From contig JBGAKG010000005.1 in the NCBI GenBank assembly GCA_044224495.1, forward strand, positions 300,711-364,710: a stretch of 64,000 bases of DNA. The letters are read 5' to 3'. Source of the DNA: Polyangiaceae bacterium (GTDB taxonomy: Bacteria; Myxococcota_A; Polyangia; Polyangiales; Polyangiaceae). This document shows, piece by piece, positions 21,651 to 34,169 of this stretch (the first letter of the stretch is position 1; every line of letters begins with the position of its first letter). The position numbers were made by a program, and so were the translations under genes. Below the pieces are notes generated by a model. The model made no database searches. It saw nothing but the letters and a program-made list of their open reading frames with translations, and had not been told where the DNA came from.

Positions 21651-22358
21651 ATGAAGCTCCAAGACTCCGTCGCCCTCGTCACCGGCTCGAACCGCGGCCT
21701 GGGCCGTGCCCTCGTCCGCGCGCTCGTCGACGCCGGTGCGCGCCGCGTCTACGCGACCGCGCGCGACCCCAAGTCGGTCGAGACCGGCGACCGAATCGTC
21801 CCCCTCGCGCTCGACGTCACCGACCCCGCGTCGGTCGAGGCCGCCGCCGCGCGCGCCGAGGGCGTGAACCTCGTCGTGAACAACGCCGGCTCGCTCGCGT
21901 CGTTCGGCCTTCTCACCGCGACGCCCGAGGAGATCGCACGGGACCTGCGCACGAACTTCACCGGCCCGTGGCTCGTCGCGCGCGCGTTCGCGCCCAAGAT
22001 CGAAGCGAACGGCGGCGGTGCGATCGCGAACGTGCTCAGCGTCGTCTCGCTCGGGAGCATGCCGCCGCTCGGCGGTTACTCGGCCTCCAAGGCGGCGGCG
22101 TTCTCGCTGACCCAGGCGCTCGCCGCCGAGCTCGCGCCGAAGAAGATCGCCGTCCACGCGGTGTTCCCCGGCCCGATCGACACGGACATGATCCGATCGT
22201 TCGAGATGCAGAAGACGAGCGCGACGGACGTCGCGCGCGCGATCGTGAAGGGGATCGCCGCCGGCGATGCGCACATCGCGCCCGACCCGATGTCGGCCGA
22301 GGTCTACGCCGCTTGGACGCGCGACCCGCGCGCCGCCGCCGCGAAGCTCGCTGGCTGA
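21651..22358 (+). CDS. SDR-family oxidoreductase
   Basis: TGSNRGLG, NNAG, and YSASKAA catalytic motif. Divergent from the LysR gene. Confidence 0.85.
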   Translation: MKLQDSVALVTGSNRGLGRALVRALVDAGARRVYATARDPKSVETGDRIVPLALDVTDPASVEAAAARAEGVNLVVNNAGSLASFGLLTATPEEIARDLRTNFTGPWLVARAFAPKIEANGGGAIANVLSVVSLGSMPPLGGYSASKAAAFSLTQALAAELAPKKIAVHAVFPGPIDTDMIRSFEMQKTSATDVARAIVKGIAAGDAHIAPDPMSAEVYAAWTRDPRAAAAKLAG

Positions 22359-22366
22359 ACCGCCCG

Positions 22367-24664
22367 TCAGCGGGTGCGGCAGCGCTCGAGCAGGCGCTTC
22401 GTTCCGCCCTCGCGCCCGCCCGCGCTCCCCCGGAACGGATCCGCGTCCGTCCCGAGGATCGCCCGCAGGCGAGCCACCGCCGGAGCGTCGCCGAGCGCAC
22501 ACGCAGCGACGACGCGCTGGCGGAGGGACTCGCGCCGCGCCTTGATCGGCACCGCGTCGGGCGGCGCTGCGAGCACGCGATCGAAGCGCACCGCCGCATC
22601 GGCCCAATAGCCGCGCGAGACGAGGTTCTTCCCGACCAGGTACGACGGGAGCGGCGCCCCGTCGGTCTTGGTCTCCCACGCGGTCAAGAGCCCGAGCGCC
22701 ATGTTGCCGTCGGCGGGCTTCTCGCCTTCGCCGACGAGCAAGAGCGACACCGGCCGGCGCGCCTCCGGATCGAGCGCGGCGATCGCCTTGATCTCGAGCG
22801 TGCGCGACTGATCCTCGTCGGGGATGGACGCGGCCAGCTCGCGGTACGCGAGCGCCGCGTCCTCCCAGTGACCGTCGAGGAGATCCTGATCGGCGAGCGC
22901 TTCACGCGCCTTGTTCCGGAACGAGAGCGTCGCGCTGTCGTCGGTCGCGAGCGCACGCAGCGCCGCCCGCCCCTCCGCGCGATCGCCGAAGCGGGCCTCC
23001 ATCCCGGCCCGTGAGAGCTGCGCGCTCCACTCGTGCGGGTCGCGCGCGAGGATCGTCGCGTAGAGCGCGCGTGCGTCCCCGAGTCGCCGCGCGGCCTGGC
23101 ACTGGTCCGCTTCGCGCTTGAGCGCATCGACCTCGTGCGGGCAGCGCCGGCCCCAGATGCTCGGCCGCTCGAACTTCGACTGGACCCACGCGTCCGCGGC
23201 GGGGTTGTCGGGAAGCGCCTGGAGGTGGGCGCGGAACTCGCCGTCCAGCGCGTCCAGGCTCCTTCCATAGACGCCCTCCACCGTGCCGCCCGCGTACCAG
23301 GCGCGCATCTTCTCCATCCCGTACGTCTGCTCGAGGAACCGAACGAACGCGCCCGCGAGCGTGTAGCTCTTCGCCGCCGACCCGGCCAGAAAGCCTGTCC
23401 CAAAGAGGGACCGCATCGGCGGGAGCGTCCCCCGGGCGAGCATGGCTCGCGCCCACGTCTCGTCGGTGAGCTCGTCCTCGTCGGGTGAAGCGGCGACCGC
23501 CACGCCTTCGATCAGGCCGGGGTTCGGGATCAGGCCCCCGAGCTCGCCCGCGACCTTGAACGGACCGTTGCCGAAGCGCCCCGCGACCACGTGTGCGATC
23601 TCGTGCCCGAGCACCGGGTGCGGGTAGCTCGCGATCTGCAGGTACACCTCGTCGCGCCACGGCTTCGCGATGTAGGTGTCGGCGGCGCCCATCAAGCGCT
23701 TCTTGTCACCCGCGTCGCGGAAGAAGAACGCGACCAAGCGCTCGGGACCGCGGACGCCGAAGTGCGCTTCCACCTCGGCCAGCTCCTCTTCGCAGTCCTT
23801 GAGGAGGAGCGCGGCCTCGTCGTCGCGCATGCTCGAGGGGTAGACCACGCTGCAGCGCTCGCCGTCCTTCCGCGCGCCGAGGTCCTTGGCGATCGACGCC
23901 GCCGTCGACCAATGCCCGAGCCGCACGCCGGAGGCCGTGATCCCGACGCTGAGCGCGAGCGCTGCGAACGCGAGGACCGTACGCCAGCGCCGGCCCGGTG
24001 CGAGGAGCACGCGCCGATGCAGGCGACCGCCCGACCGCCGGAGCTGCGAAGCGGCGAGGACCGCGAAGACCAGCGTGGCCGCCGAGCCGACGCGGTACCA
24101 GAGCAGCGCGGGCCCGGGCTCGACGACGGTGTCGTAGAGCGTGCCGCTGAAGTAGCCGACGAAGGGATCGAAGGCGAAGATCATCGGCGAGGTGGCGAAG
24201 CGCGCGAGGCTGACGAGCGCGCACGCGAGTGGCCCGCCGATGCCGAGGAGCACCGCGGTGAGCTTGCGGAGCCGGCGCCGGCGCGCGACCTCGGCGACGA
24301 GCGCGCCCCACACCCCGGCGAGGAGCACGCCGAAGCCGGCGGTCAGCGCGAAGTACGAGAGCCCACCCCAGAGATCGCAGGTCTGGACGCGCAGGCCGTG
24401 GAGGACGCCGACGACGATCGCGACGAGGGCGACGACGGCGCCGGTCGCGATCCCGGACGCGACTCCCGCCAGCGGTTGCGGGGCGCCGAGCGGAGCGCGC
24501 GCCGAGAGCGCGAGCGCGCGATCGATCGCGACGACCGACGGGAGCACGAGCCCGCACGCGAACGCGTACTCGTAGCCCACGCCCGCGAAGAGCGGGAGGA
24601 AGCCGAGCCCCGCGCCGACGGCCGCGGCGATGGCGGCGGCGCGGAGCGGGCCGCGCACCGCCAT
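22367..24664 (-). CDS. polytopic membrane protein with HExxH motif and TPR-like C-terminal region
   Basis: Several TM helices, HEIAHV motif. Start is 2 nt after the lon stop. Confidence 0.6.
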   Translation of the reverse strand: MAVRGPLRAAAIAAAVGAGLGFLPLFAGVGYEYAFACGLVLPSVVAIDRALALSARAPLGAPQPLAGVASGIATGAVVALVAIVVGVLHGLRVQTCDLWGGLSYFALTAGFGVLLAGVWGALVAEVARRRRLRKLTAVLLGIGGPLACALVSLARFATSPMIFAFDPFVGYFSGTLYDTVVEPGPALLWYRVGSAATLVFAVLAASQLRRSGGRLHRRVLLAPGRRWRTVLAFAALALSVGITASGVRLGHWSTAASIAKDLGARKDGERCSVVYPSSMRDDEAALLLKDCEEELAEVEAHFGVRGPERLVAFFFRDAGDKKRLMGAADTYIAKPWRDEVYLQIASYPHPVLGHEIAHVVAGRFGNGPFKVAGELGGLIPNPGLIEGVAVAASPDEDELTDETWARAMLARGTLPPMRSLFGTGFLAGSAAKSYTLAGAFVRFLEQTYGMEKMRAWYAGGTVEGVYGRSLDALDGEFRAHLQALPDNPAADAWVQSKFERPSIWGRRCPHEVDALKREADQCQAARRLGDARALYATILARDPHEWSAQLSRAGMEARFGDRAEGRAALRALATDDSATLSFRNKAREALADQDLLDGHWEDAALAYRELAASIPDEDQSRTLEIKAIAALDPEARRPVSLLLVGEGEKPADGNMALGLLTAWETKTDGAPLPSYLVGKNLVSRGYWADAAVRFDRVLAAPPDAVPIKARRESLRQRVVAACALGDAPAVARLRAILGTDADPFRGSAGGREGGTKRLLERCRTR

Positions 24665-24665
24665 C

Positions 24666-27050
<2,385 letters not shown>

Positions 27051-27099
27051 GACTTTGGGCTATAGCACGCGCGGCGCTTGTGCTACCCATTCCCCTCGC

Positions 27100-27777
27100 A
27101 TGCGCCGACATTCCGCCCCGATTCTCGCCCTCTGCGCAGCCGCGTGCGCCGCACTGGCGGTGGCGTGCGGGGGTGCCGGAGCGACCGATCCCGGGGCAAC
27201 CCTGCGTGACTACGGGCGTGCGCTCGAAGACGGGCGCGCGGACGACGCGTACCGGCTCCTCAGCGACGATGCCCGGCGCGGCGTCTCGCTCGAGGCGTTC
27301 CGGCGGATGGTCAAGGACAACCCCGACGAGGTCCGCGAGCTCGGCCGTTCGCTCGGCCGCCCGACCGCGCGCCCGGTCGTGACGGCCGTGGTCACCGCGC
27401 CCGACGGGCAGGACCTGCACCTCGTCCTCGAGGACGGCGTCTGGAAGGTCGACGCGTCCGCGGTCGATCTCTATGCGCAGGACACCCCGAAGCACGCCGT
27501 CCAGGGCTTCGTCCGGGCGCTCGAGCGCAAGCGGTACGACGTGGTGCTCCGCTACGTCCCCGAGTCCCACCGCGAGGGGCTCGACGCCGCGAAGCTGAAG
27601 GCGGCGTGGGAAGGCGACGAGAAGAACACCGTCGACCAGCTCGTCGCGGCGCTCAAGCAGGCGCTCCCCACGGCGGCGATTGAAGAAGCCGGCGAGCGGG
27701 CGACGATGATCCACGGCGCCGGCACGTTGCAGCTGGTCCGCGAGCACGGTCTCTGGAAGATCGAGAATTTCGACTGA
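27100..27777 (+). CDS. hypothetical lipoprotein
   Basis: MRRHSAPILALCAAACAALAVACGG lipobox. Confidence 0.55.
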   Translation: MRRHSAPILALCAAACAALAVACGGAGATDPGATLRDYGRALEDGRADDAYRLLSDDARRGVSLEAFRRMVKDNPDEVRELGRSLGRPTARPVVTAVVTAPDGQDLHLVLEDGVWKVDASAVDLYAQDTPKHAVQGFVRALERKRYDVVLRYVPESHREGLDAAKLKAAWEGDEKNTVDQLVAALKQALPTAAIEEAGERATMIHGAGTLQLVREHGLWKIENFD

Positions 27778-27780
27778 GAC

Positions 27781-29790
27781 ATGAGTGAACTACCCACCGA
27801 GTTGGGGGCCGAGCTCATCCGTGCGCTCGAAGCGAAGGGCTACGCGACGCTCACCCCCGTCCAGATGGCGGTCCTGCGCGCCGAGCTCGCCGGCCGCGAT
27901 CTGCGGATCACGTCGCAGACCGGGTCGGGCAAGACGGTTGCGGTCGGGATCGCCGTCCGCGACGTCGTGGCCAACCGCGACGCCGGAGCGCCCCGCGCGC
28001 TGGTCATCACCCCGACGCGCGAGCTCGCGAAGCAGGTCGAGCAGGAGCTCCGCTGGTTGTTCGCGCCGCTCGGCGCCGAGGTCACGTCCGTCACCGGCGG
28101 CGCGAGCTACCGGGACGAGTACCGCGCCCTGTCGCGAAAGCCGGCGATCGTCGTCGGGACGCCAGGCCGGCTCCGCGACCACCTCGAGCGCGGCGGGCTC
28201 TCCACCGCTGCCGTCGGCGCGGTCATCCTGGACGAAGCGGACCGCATGCTCGACATGGGGTTCAAAGAGGAGATCGACGCGATCCTGGCGAAGGCGCCGG
28301 TCGAGCGTCGTACCATCTTGGTATCGGCGACGTTCCCGCGCGAGGTGCGCGCGCTCGCCGACCGGGTCCAGAAGGACCCCGCCTTCGTCGAAGGGACCCC
28401 GCTCGGCGCGGCCAACGCCGACATCGAGCACCTCATCCACGTCGTGCAGCCGCGCGAGCGGCTGGATGCGATCGTGAACCTGCTCCTCGCCTCCCCCGAC
28501 GCGCCGTCGCTCGTCTTCGTCCGCACGCGCGCGGACGTGGCGGAGCTCAGCGGGCTCCTCCAGTCGGCGGGGTTCTCGGTGGGGTCGCTCTCGGGCGACA
28601 TGGAGCAACCCGAGCGCGACCGGGCGCTCGCGGCGTTCAAGCGCGGAGCGATCCACGCGCTGGTCGCGACCGACGTCGCGGCCCGCGGGATCGACGTGCA
28701 GGACATCGGCCGCGTCATCCACGCGGAGCCGCCGAACGACGCCGACACCTACACGCACCGGAGCGGACGAACCGGCCGCGCGGGGCGCCAAGGCGTGAGC
28801 TCGGTGTTGGCCGCTCCGGCGGCGCTCCGGCGCGTGACGGGCCTGCTCTCGCGGGCGAAGGTGCGCTGGAAGGTGGCGCCCGTGCCGACCGCCGAGGAGC
28901 TCCGCAACGCGGCGACCGAGCGGCTCTTCGTGGAGCTCACGAAGGATGCGCCCGACGAGATCGACGAGTCGATCTGGAACCTCGCGAAGCGGCTCGGCAA
29001 GGAAGAGACCCGCACGCGCATCCTCGCGCGCCTGCTGTCGCGCGGGCGGCTCTTCGGCGCGGCCGAACCGCGGGAGATTCGTCCCACGATGGTACAGGCG
29101 CCGGTCGATCGCGGACCGCCGCGGCGGGACGAGCGCCCGCGCCGCGAGTACGACGCCCCGCGCCGCGAGTACGACACCCCGCGCCGCGAGTACGACACGC
29201 CGCGCCGCGAGCACGGGGAGCGCGCTCCGCGCCGCGAGGTCGCCCCGCCGGACGCACCCGGCGCATGGACGAAGTTCCGTGTGACGTGGGGCGGGCTCCA
29301 CGGCGCCGACGCGCGCCGCGTGCTCGCGATGCTCTGCCGGCGCGGAGGGATCCAGGGTGGCGACATCGGCGCGATCGCCGTCGAGCGCACGTACTCGATC
29401 GTCGACGTCGCGGCGTCGGTCGCAGATCGGTTCGCGGATGCCGCAAGCCGACCGGACCCGCGCGATCCGCGGGTGAAGGTGTTCCGCGAGCACGGTGGTG
29501 CCCCCCCGCCGCCGCCGGCGCGGCGCAGCTCGCGCAAGCTCCCCGAAGCGGCTCCGGACGAGGTCCCGCCGCCGCGCCGGAGCTCGCGCAAGCTCGACGC
29601 CGAGGTCCCCGCGGCGCCGCCGTCGCGGCGGAGCTCGCGCAAGCTCGACGCCGAGGTCCCTGCGGCGCCGCCGTCGCGGCGGAGCTCGCGCAAGCTCGAC
29701 GCGCCGCCGCCGAAGCCGATGGGTGGAGGGCACGTTCTCCGGCGGGGGCCGAAGAAGCCGCACCGCAAGGGTCAGCCGCGTCCTCGGTGA
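27781..29790 (+). CDS. DEAD-box ATP-dependent RNA helicase with repetitive basic C-terminal tail
   Basis: TGSGKT, DEAD, SAT and HRSGRTGRAG motifs. The C-terminus has three or more tandem PPSRRSSRKLDAEVPAA repeats (about 60-bp nucleotide repeats at 29560-29700). Confidence 0.9.
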   Translation: MSELPTELGAELIRALEAKGYATLTPVQMAVLRAELAGRDLRITSQTGSGKTVAVGIAVRDVVANRDAGAPRALVITPTRELAKQVEQELRWLFAPLGAEVTSVTGGASYRDEYRALSRKPAIVVGTPGRLRDHLERGGLSTAAVGAVILDEADRMLDMGFKEEIDAILAKAPVERRTILVSATFPREVRALADRVQKDPAFVEGTPLGAANADIEHLIHVVQPRERLDAIVNLLLASPDAPSLVFVRTRADVAELSGLLQSAGFSVGSLSGDMEQPERDRALAAFKRGAIHALVATDVAARGIDVQDIGRVIHAEPPNDADTYTHRSGRTGRAGRQGVSSVLAAPAALRRVTGLLSRAKVRWKVAPVPTAEELRNAATERLFVELTKDAPDEIDESIWNLAKRLGKEETRTRILARLLSRGRLFGAAEPREIRPTMVQAPVDRGPPRRDERPRREYDAPRREYDTPRREYDTPRREHGERAPRREVAPPDAPGAWTKFRVTWGGLHGADARRVLAMLCRRGGIQGGDIGAIAVERTYSIVDVAASVADRFADAASRPDPRDPRVKVFREHGGAPPPPPARRSSRKLPEAAPDEVPPPRRSSRKLDAEVPAAPPSRRSSRKLDAEVPAAPPSRRSSRKLDAPPPKPMGGGHVLRRGPKKPHRKGQPRPR

Positions 29791-30398
29791 GGAGCCCGGA
29801 GAAGAGGGGGCCTCACCTCGTTCTGGTGCCGACGCGTTCGCGCGCAGCGGCGACGAGGGCGGCGTAGTCGGGCTGGAGTGTTTGGTCCGCCGTCAGCGTG
29901 TTCATCACCGCGGACCGCGACATCACGGCCCCTCGCGGGTGGATAGGTCGGGGTCTGGCTCCGCTGCCACGACATACCCGGGAGCCGCGTGAACGCGCGA
30001 CTCCGTCTTTTCGCGTCGGTCGGAAATCCGGTTCGCTCGAGCTCTTCCAGAGACGCCGCCGTCTCGTACACGGGCGTACTTTCGATTCCGGTCGCGCCGA
30101 GAACCCGCGGCAACTCGGGATCGTCCGGCGGGAAGATGGCAGCGACGTCGTTTCGTGTTCCGTCGGGACGGATGGGATCGGGGACGATGCAGAACCGCGT
30201 GGGCGCCATCTCCCTCCTATACGCGGACCCGCTCGCTCACTCCCAGAGATCGGTCGTTCCGAAGGTACTTACCCGCGCCCGGAAGATGCCGAGACCGAAC
30301 GCCGCGATTCGAACGCCCTCGATGCCATTGGCTCATGCTCGTCGAATCGCCGAGCCTCGTCCAGCGCATCGGAAGTGAGCTATCGTGGACGAAGTGGG

Positions 30399-31148
30399 AT
30401 GAGGCGTTTGCTCACGCTCGCAGGGGTTGTGGCGCTGCTCCTGACCGGGGGCCACGCGTACGCGGACGAGGCGGCACCGCCAGTCGTCGATCCGGCCGCC
30501 GAGCGGCTGCACGCGCTGATCGCGGATCAAGCCGCGCAGGACCGCGCCGAGCGCCACGTCGCTGGTGGGATTTTGCTGGGGTTCGGTGGGGCCATGGTGC
30601 TCGGCGGGATCCCGTGCTTCGTCTTCGCTCCCAACGAGCAGCCCGCCAGACCGCTCTTCCTCGCTACCGGCGTGGCGCTCGAAGTGACCGGTGCGCTCAG
30701 CGCCGGGATCGGGGCGCTCTCTTTCGCGCTGACCACGTCGATCGAGGATCTCGCCGTCGAGTACGAACCGATCGTGAAGACGCGGGCCGACGCCCTGATC
30801 TGGGGCGAGGCGCGACTGAGCGCGCTCGCCGAGCGCGAGCGGAGCGCGCGGATCCGCAACGGGGTATTGGCCCTCACGCTCGGTCCCGCGGCGGCCGCCC
30901 TCGGCGTCGTGAGCGTTGCGTTCTCGTCGAACTCGGACCTTCGGCTGCTCTCGATGAGCGCGTTTGGACTCGTCGGTCTGGTGGACGTGGTCAGCGGGAT
31001 CTACGCGCTCACCGTTGCTCGCTACCCCGCCGAGCGGCTCTGGCGGACGTGGCTCATCGGGACCGGCCGCGCGCCGTCAGCGCGCGTGTCGCCCTGGTTC
31101 AGCCCGACCCTCGGAGGTGCGATGATCGGGGTGGGTCTCACGCTCTAA
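30399..31148 (+). CDS. hypothetical secreted/membrane protein
   Basis: Signal peptide MRRLLTLAGVVALLLTGGHAYA and hydrophobic segments. Upstream part of ORF 29898..31148 is junk. Confidence 0.5.
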   Translation: MRRLLTLAGVVALLLTGGHAYADEAAPPVVDPAAERLHALIADQAAQDRAERHVAGGILLGFGGAMVLGGIPCFVFAPNEQPARPLFLATGVALEVTGALSAGIGALSFALTTSIEDLAVEYEPIVKTRADALIWGEARLSALAERERSARIRNGVLALTLGPAAAALGVVSVAFSSNSDLRLLSMSAFGLVGLVDVVSGIYALTVARYPAERLWRTWLIGTGRAPSARVSPWFSPTLGGAMIGVGLTL

Positions 31149-31155
31149 CCGTTGG

Positions 31156-32013
31156 TCACCTCCCGAGATGGCCGCGCGCTGCGGCCGCGATCGCGCTCTC
31201 CGGGTGCGCCAACGCGAGCACGCGCCCGAAGCACGCCGTGGCCTCCGCGTGCTGCTGGAGCGCGGAGTACACCTCGCCCATCACGAGCTGCGGCTCGGCG
31301 AAGTTGGGATCGAGGTGCTGGAACCACGGCGGCGCGAGCTCCGGCTTGCTCCGCGCGACGAACACGCGAATCTGCGCAATCGCGATCATCGATCGAAATG
31401 CGTCTTCGAGCGTCTCCCTCGCCTCCGAGCCTTCGATGACCGCCTCGACGCAGCGGAGCGCGGGCTCGGCCTGCTCCAGATCCGGCCACGGCATGCGGCT
31501 GAGGCCCGCCGCGCGGAGCGCCCAGAGCGCGGCGCGATCCTCGTCGAGGAGCACGGCGTCGTCGACCGGGTCGAGCACGTCGAGCATGTCGCGCGCCCGA
31601 TCGAGGTGATAGAGCGCGTCCGCGAGGTCCACGAGATCGCCGAACGTGCGCTCCGCCTCCGGGATGAGCGCATGGAGCTCGAGCACCATCGCGTACTGTC
31701 CGAGCGCAGACGTGTGGACCACGAGCGCGCGCAGCGCCTCGGCGTCCCCGTCCGCCAGCGCGATCGCGGCGCGAAAGAGCGGCGTGCTCGCCGCGAGCGG
31801 GGTCTGCTCGGGGAGCGTCTTCAGGACGGCGCCGATGGCGCTCTCCAGGTGGGTGTACCGCTTGGGGACGGCCTCGGTCGGCTCCGTCTCGAGGAACGCA
31901 ATGGCCTCGCCGACGCAAGCGTCGCAGATTGCCCCGTGTGCGCCGGAGACGAGCTGGCTCACCTCGGCGCGCGCCTTGCCGCACAAGGCGCAGTGAAGAG
32001 GGTCTTGGCTCAC
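31156..32013 (-). CDS. ClpX-type zinc-finger domain protein
   Basis: N-terminal CALCGK...CDAC zinc ribbon. GTG start. Confidence 0.5.
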   Translation of the reverse strand: MSQDPLHCALCGKARAEVSQLVSGAHGAICDACVGEAIAFLETEPTEAVPKRYTHLESAIGAVLKTLPEQTPLAASTPLFRAAIALADGDAEALRALVVHTSALGQYAMVLELHALIPEAERTFGDLVDLADALYHLDRARDMLDVLDPVDDAVLLDEDRAALWALRAAGLSRMPWPDLEQAEPALRCVEAVIEGSEARETLEDAFRSMIAIAQIRVFVARSKPELAPPWFQHLDPNFAEPQLVMGEVYSALQQHAEATACFGRVLALAHPESAIAAAARGHLGR

Positions 32014-32299
32014 GGGCGAGCTACTTCGTCCGACCTTCGAGCGAGATGGCGGAGCACGCCAGCATCGAGGCCTCGCGGAGCAGCATCAAGACCGCGGTCC
32101 GGTCCTCGCACTCGGGGACGTGGTCCAGGACGACCTTGGCGAACGCTTTGGCGCTCTCGTGGATGGCAGCGAAATCCTGGAGTTGCTTGGGGGAAGCGTG
32201 GTGATGCGAAAAGACGTAATCGGGATCGAACGTGTCGCGGTTCATGCCCCGATGGTAGACGACGTTGACCGCGCGCGCGTCTCCGGTCAGAAAGAATGG

Positions 32300-34138
32300 A
32301 TGGGGTCTGGTCTTCACCGCGCCGCGGTGGGTCTCGTTCCGCTCGCGCTCGCACTGGCGTGCTCGGGCCGCGGCAACGTCAACGACGACACGGGAGCATT
32401 TCCTCCCGTCCCGGAGCCCGGGCCCAGAGAGGCGGATCCAGGCCCGAACCTCTTCCGGCCCGACCTCGGAGCGACGACCGTACCCGCGCTCCGCGTGCCG
32501 CCGATCTTCGGAGGAACCCTTCTCTCGACCGGCGATGGCAAGCTCGCCGTCGCCGCCGATCCGGACCGCGGCCAAATCTACGTAGTGGACCTCGTGAAGC
32601 GGGCGCTGGCTTCTACCGTCGACGTCGGTGCCGGAAGTCTCCCGTTCCGGGGCGTCGAGAGCAGACCGGGCATCGTCCACTTCACGCTCCGGGGAAGCGG
32701 CCAGGTGGTGACGCTGGATGCGACCGCGGGGAGCGTGCTCTGGACGGCGGCGGCGTGTCCGGAGCCACGCGGTATCGACTACGACGCAGCCACGGAGACG
32801 GTCGCGGTGGCTTGCGAGCGGGGCGACGTGGTCTCGCTCCGAACGGTCGACGGCGTGATCGCGCGCACGGTCCACACGCCGGTGACCAGTGCTCGCGACG
32901 TTTTCGTCGAGGGCGAAGGGTATTGGATCAGCGACTTCCGGTCGGCGGATCTCTACCTCGTCGACGCGCAAGGCGTGGTGAGGCGAGTTGCACATTCGGG
33001 CGACGTGCTCACCCCGACGGACTTCGCATGGCGCACGCGGAGGCTCGGGCCCTCGACCTTCCTCGTGAGCCACCAGACCATCCTCTCTACCGCTCCGGTG
33101 TCGACGACGGCCACTGGCGCATACGGTGGGGCCTCCCCCGACCCGACTTGCGTGCCGAACGACTCGATGATCGGCACGGCGGTGACCCGCATCGAGGTGG
33201 CCAAGCCCAGCATCATGACGCGCGTCCCCGGCGGGGCCCTACCGGTGGACGTCGCCTACGAACCGGTCATGCAGAGCTTCGCCCTCGCGTTCGCTGGGAA
33301 CTCGTGGCAGCCGAAGCTGCAGAAAGTGCAGCTCTTCCACGCGAACAGCGGAGTCGTTCTCGCGTGCCCTCCGAATCCAGCGCCGATCGTCGGAGAGATC
33401 GTCGCCGTCGAGTACACTTCGACCGGAGCGCTGCTGGAGCAGAGCAGAGAACCTGCGCTCCTCCATGTCACGGCGGGGATCACGCGCGAGACCATCGAGC
33501 TGTCACCCATCTCCCGTCGCGACACCGGCTCCATACTCTTCCACGCGAACTCCGGCCGGCACGTGGCGTGCGCTTCGTGCCATGCCGAGGGCGCCGACGA
33601 TGGGCGCACTTGGTTGTTCGACGACGGGAAAATCGGCCCCGTCCGGAAGCGTCGTACGCCCTCGCTGCGGGGAACCGTGCTCGGGACCGCGCCCTACCAT
33701 TGGAATGGGGAGGAGCACGATCTCTCCGCTCTCTTCACCGACGTGCTGTCGCATCGTATGGACGGCCCCTCACTCGACGCCGCGCAGGCGGTCGCGTTCG
33801 CTAGCTGGTTGGAGCAGCTTCCGGCGCCCCGCCGGAGTCCAGCCGACGACCCGGACGTGATGCGCGGAGCCTCGCTGTTCGCCGGCAAGGGGAAGTGCAC
33901 GAGCTGCCACGGCACCGGCGGCGCGACTCCCTCCAGTGCACTCTTCGACGTCGGAACGGGCGCCGAGCTGAGTCCACCGTCCCTCGTCGGTGTCTCGGTT
34001 CGTGTCCCGCTCATGCATGATGGCTGCGCCGATACACTCTCTCGGCGTTTCGACCCCAGCTGCGGCGGCTCCGACCATGGGGGCGCGTTGAGCGCCGACG
34101 AAACGGGCGCGATCGTCGCTTACCTGCGCTCCCTCTGA
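32300..34138 (+). CDS. lipoprotein with C-terminal di-heme cytochrome c peroxidase (CCP/MauG-like) domain
   Basis: Lipobox LALACSG and two CxxCH motifs (CASCH, CTSCH). Paralog of the next gene. Confidence 0.75.
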   Translation: MGSGLHRAAVGLVPLALALACSGRGNVNDDTGAFPPVPEPGPREADPGPNLFRPDLGATTVPALRVPPIFGGTLLSTGDGKLAVAADPDRGQIYVVDLVKRALASTVDVGAGSLPFRGVESRPGIVHFTLRGSGQVVTLDATAGSVLWTAAACPEPRGIDYDAATETVAVACERGDVVSLRTVDGVIARTVHTPVTSARDVFVEGEGYWISDFRSADLYLVDAQGVVRRVAHSGDVLTPTDFAWRTRRLGPSTFLVSHQTILSTAPVSTTATGAYGGASPDPTCVPNDSMIGTAVTRIEVAKPSIMTRVPGGALPVDVAYEPVMQSFALAFAGNSWQPKLQKVQLFHANSGVVLACPPNPAPIVGEIVAVEYTSTGALLEQSREPALLHVTAGITRETIELSPISRRDTGSILFHANSGRHVACASCHAEGADDGRTWLFDDGKIGPVRKRRTPSLRGTVLGTAPYHWNGEEHDLSALFTDVLSHRMDGPSLDAAQAVAFASWLEQLPAPRRSPADDPDVMRGASLFAGKGKCTSCHGTGGATPSSALFDVGTGAELSPPSLVGVSVRVPLMHDGCADTLSRRFDPSCGGSDHGGALSADETGAIVAYLRSL

Positions 34139-34169
34139 CGGATCCGACGACGCCGGCCATCTTCAACGC

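Noticed and set aside
18956-21682. 908-aa ORF as a single gene
   Set aside because: Its N-terminal 360 aa are Arg-rich junk antisense-frame to the LysR gene (20608..21519), which has a clear HTH. The real gene starts at MTQLDLC (20611).
29772-30209. 145-aa minus-strand ORF between the DEAD-box helicase and the membrane protein gene
   Set aside because: Mixed third-position GC (many A/T-ending codons, atypical for this genome). Its 3' part overlaps the helicase end and is Arg-rich. Left as uncertain intergenic.
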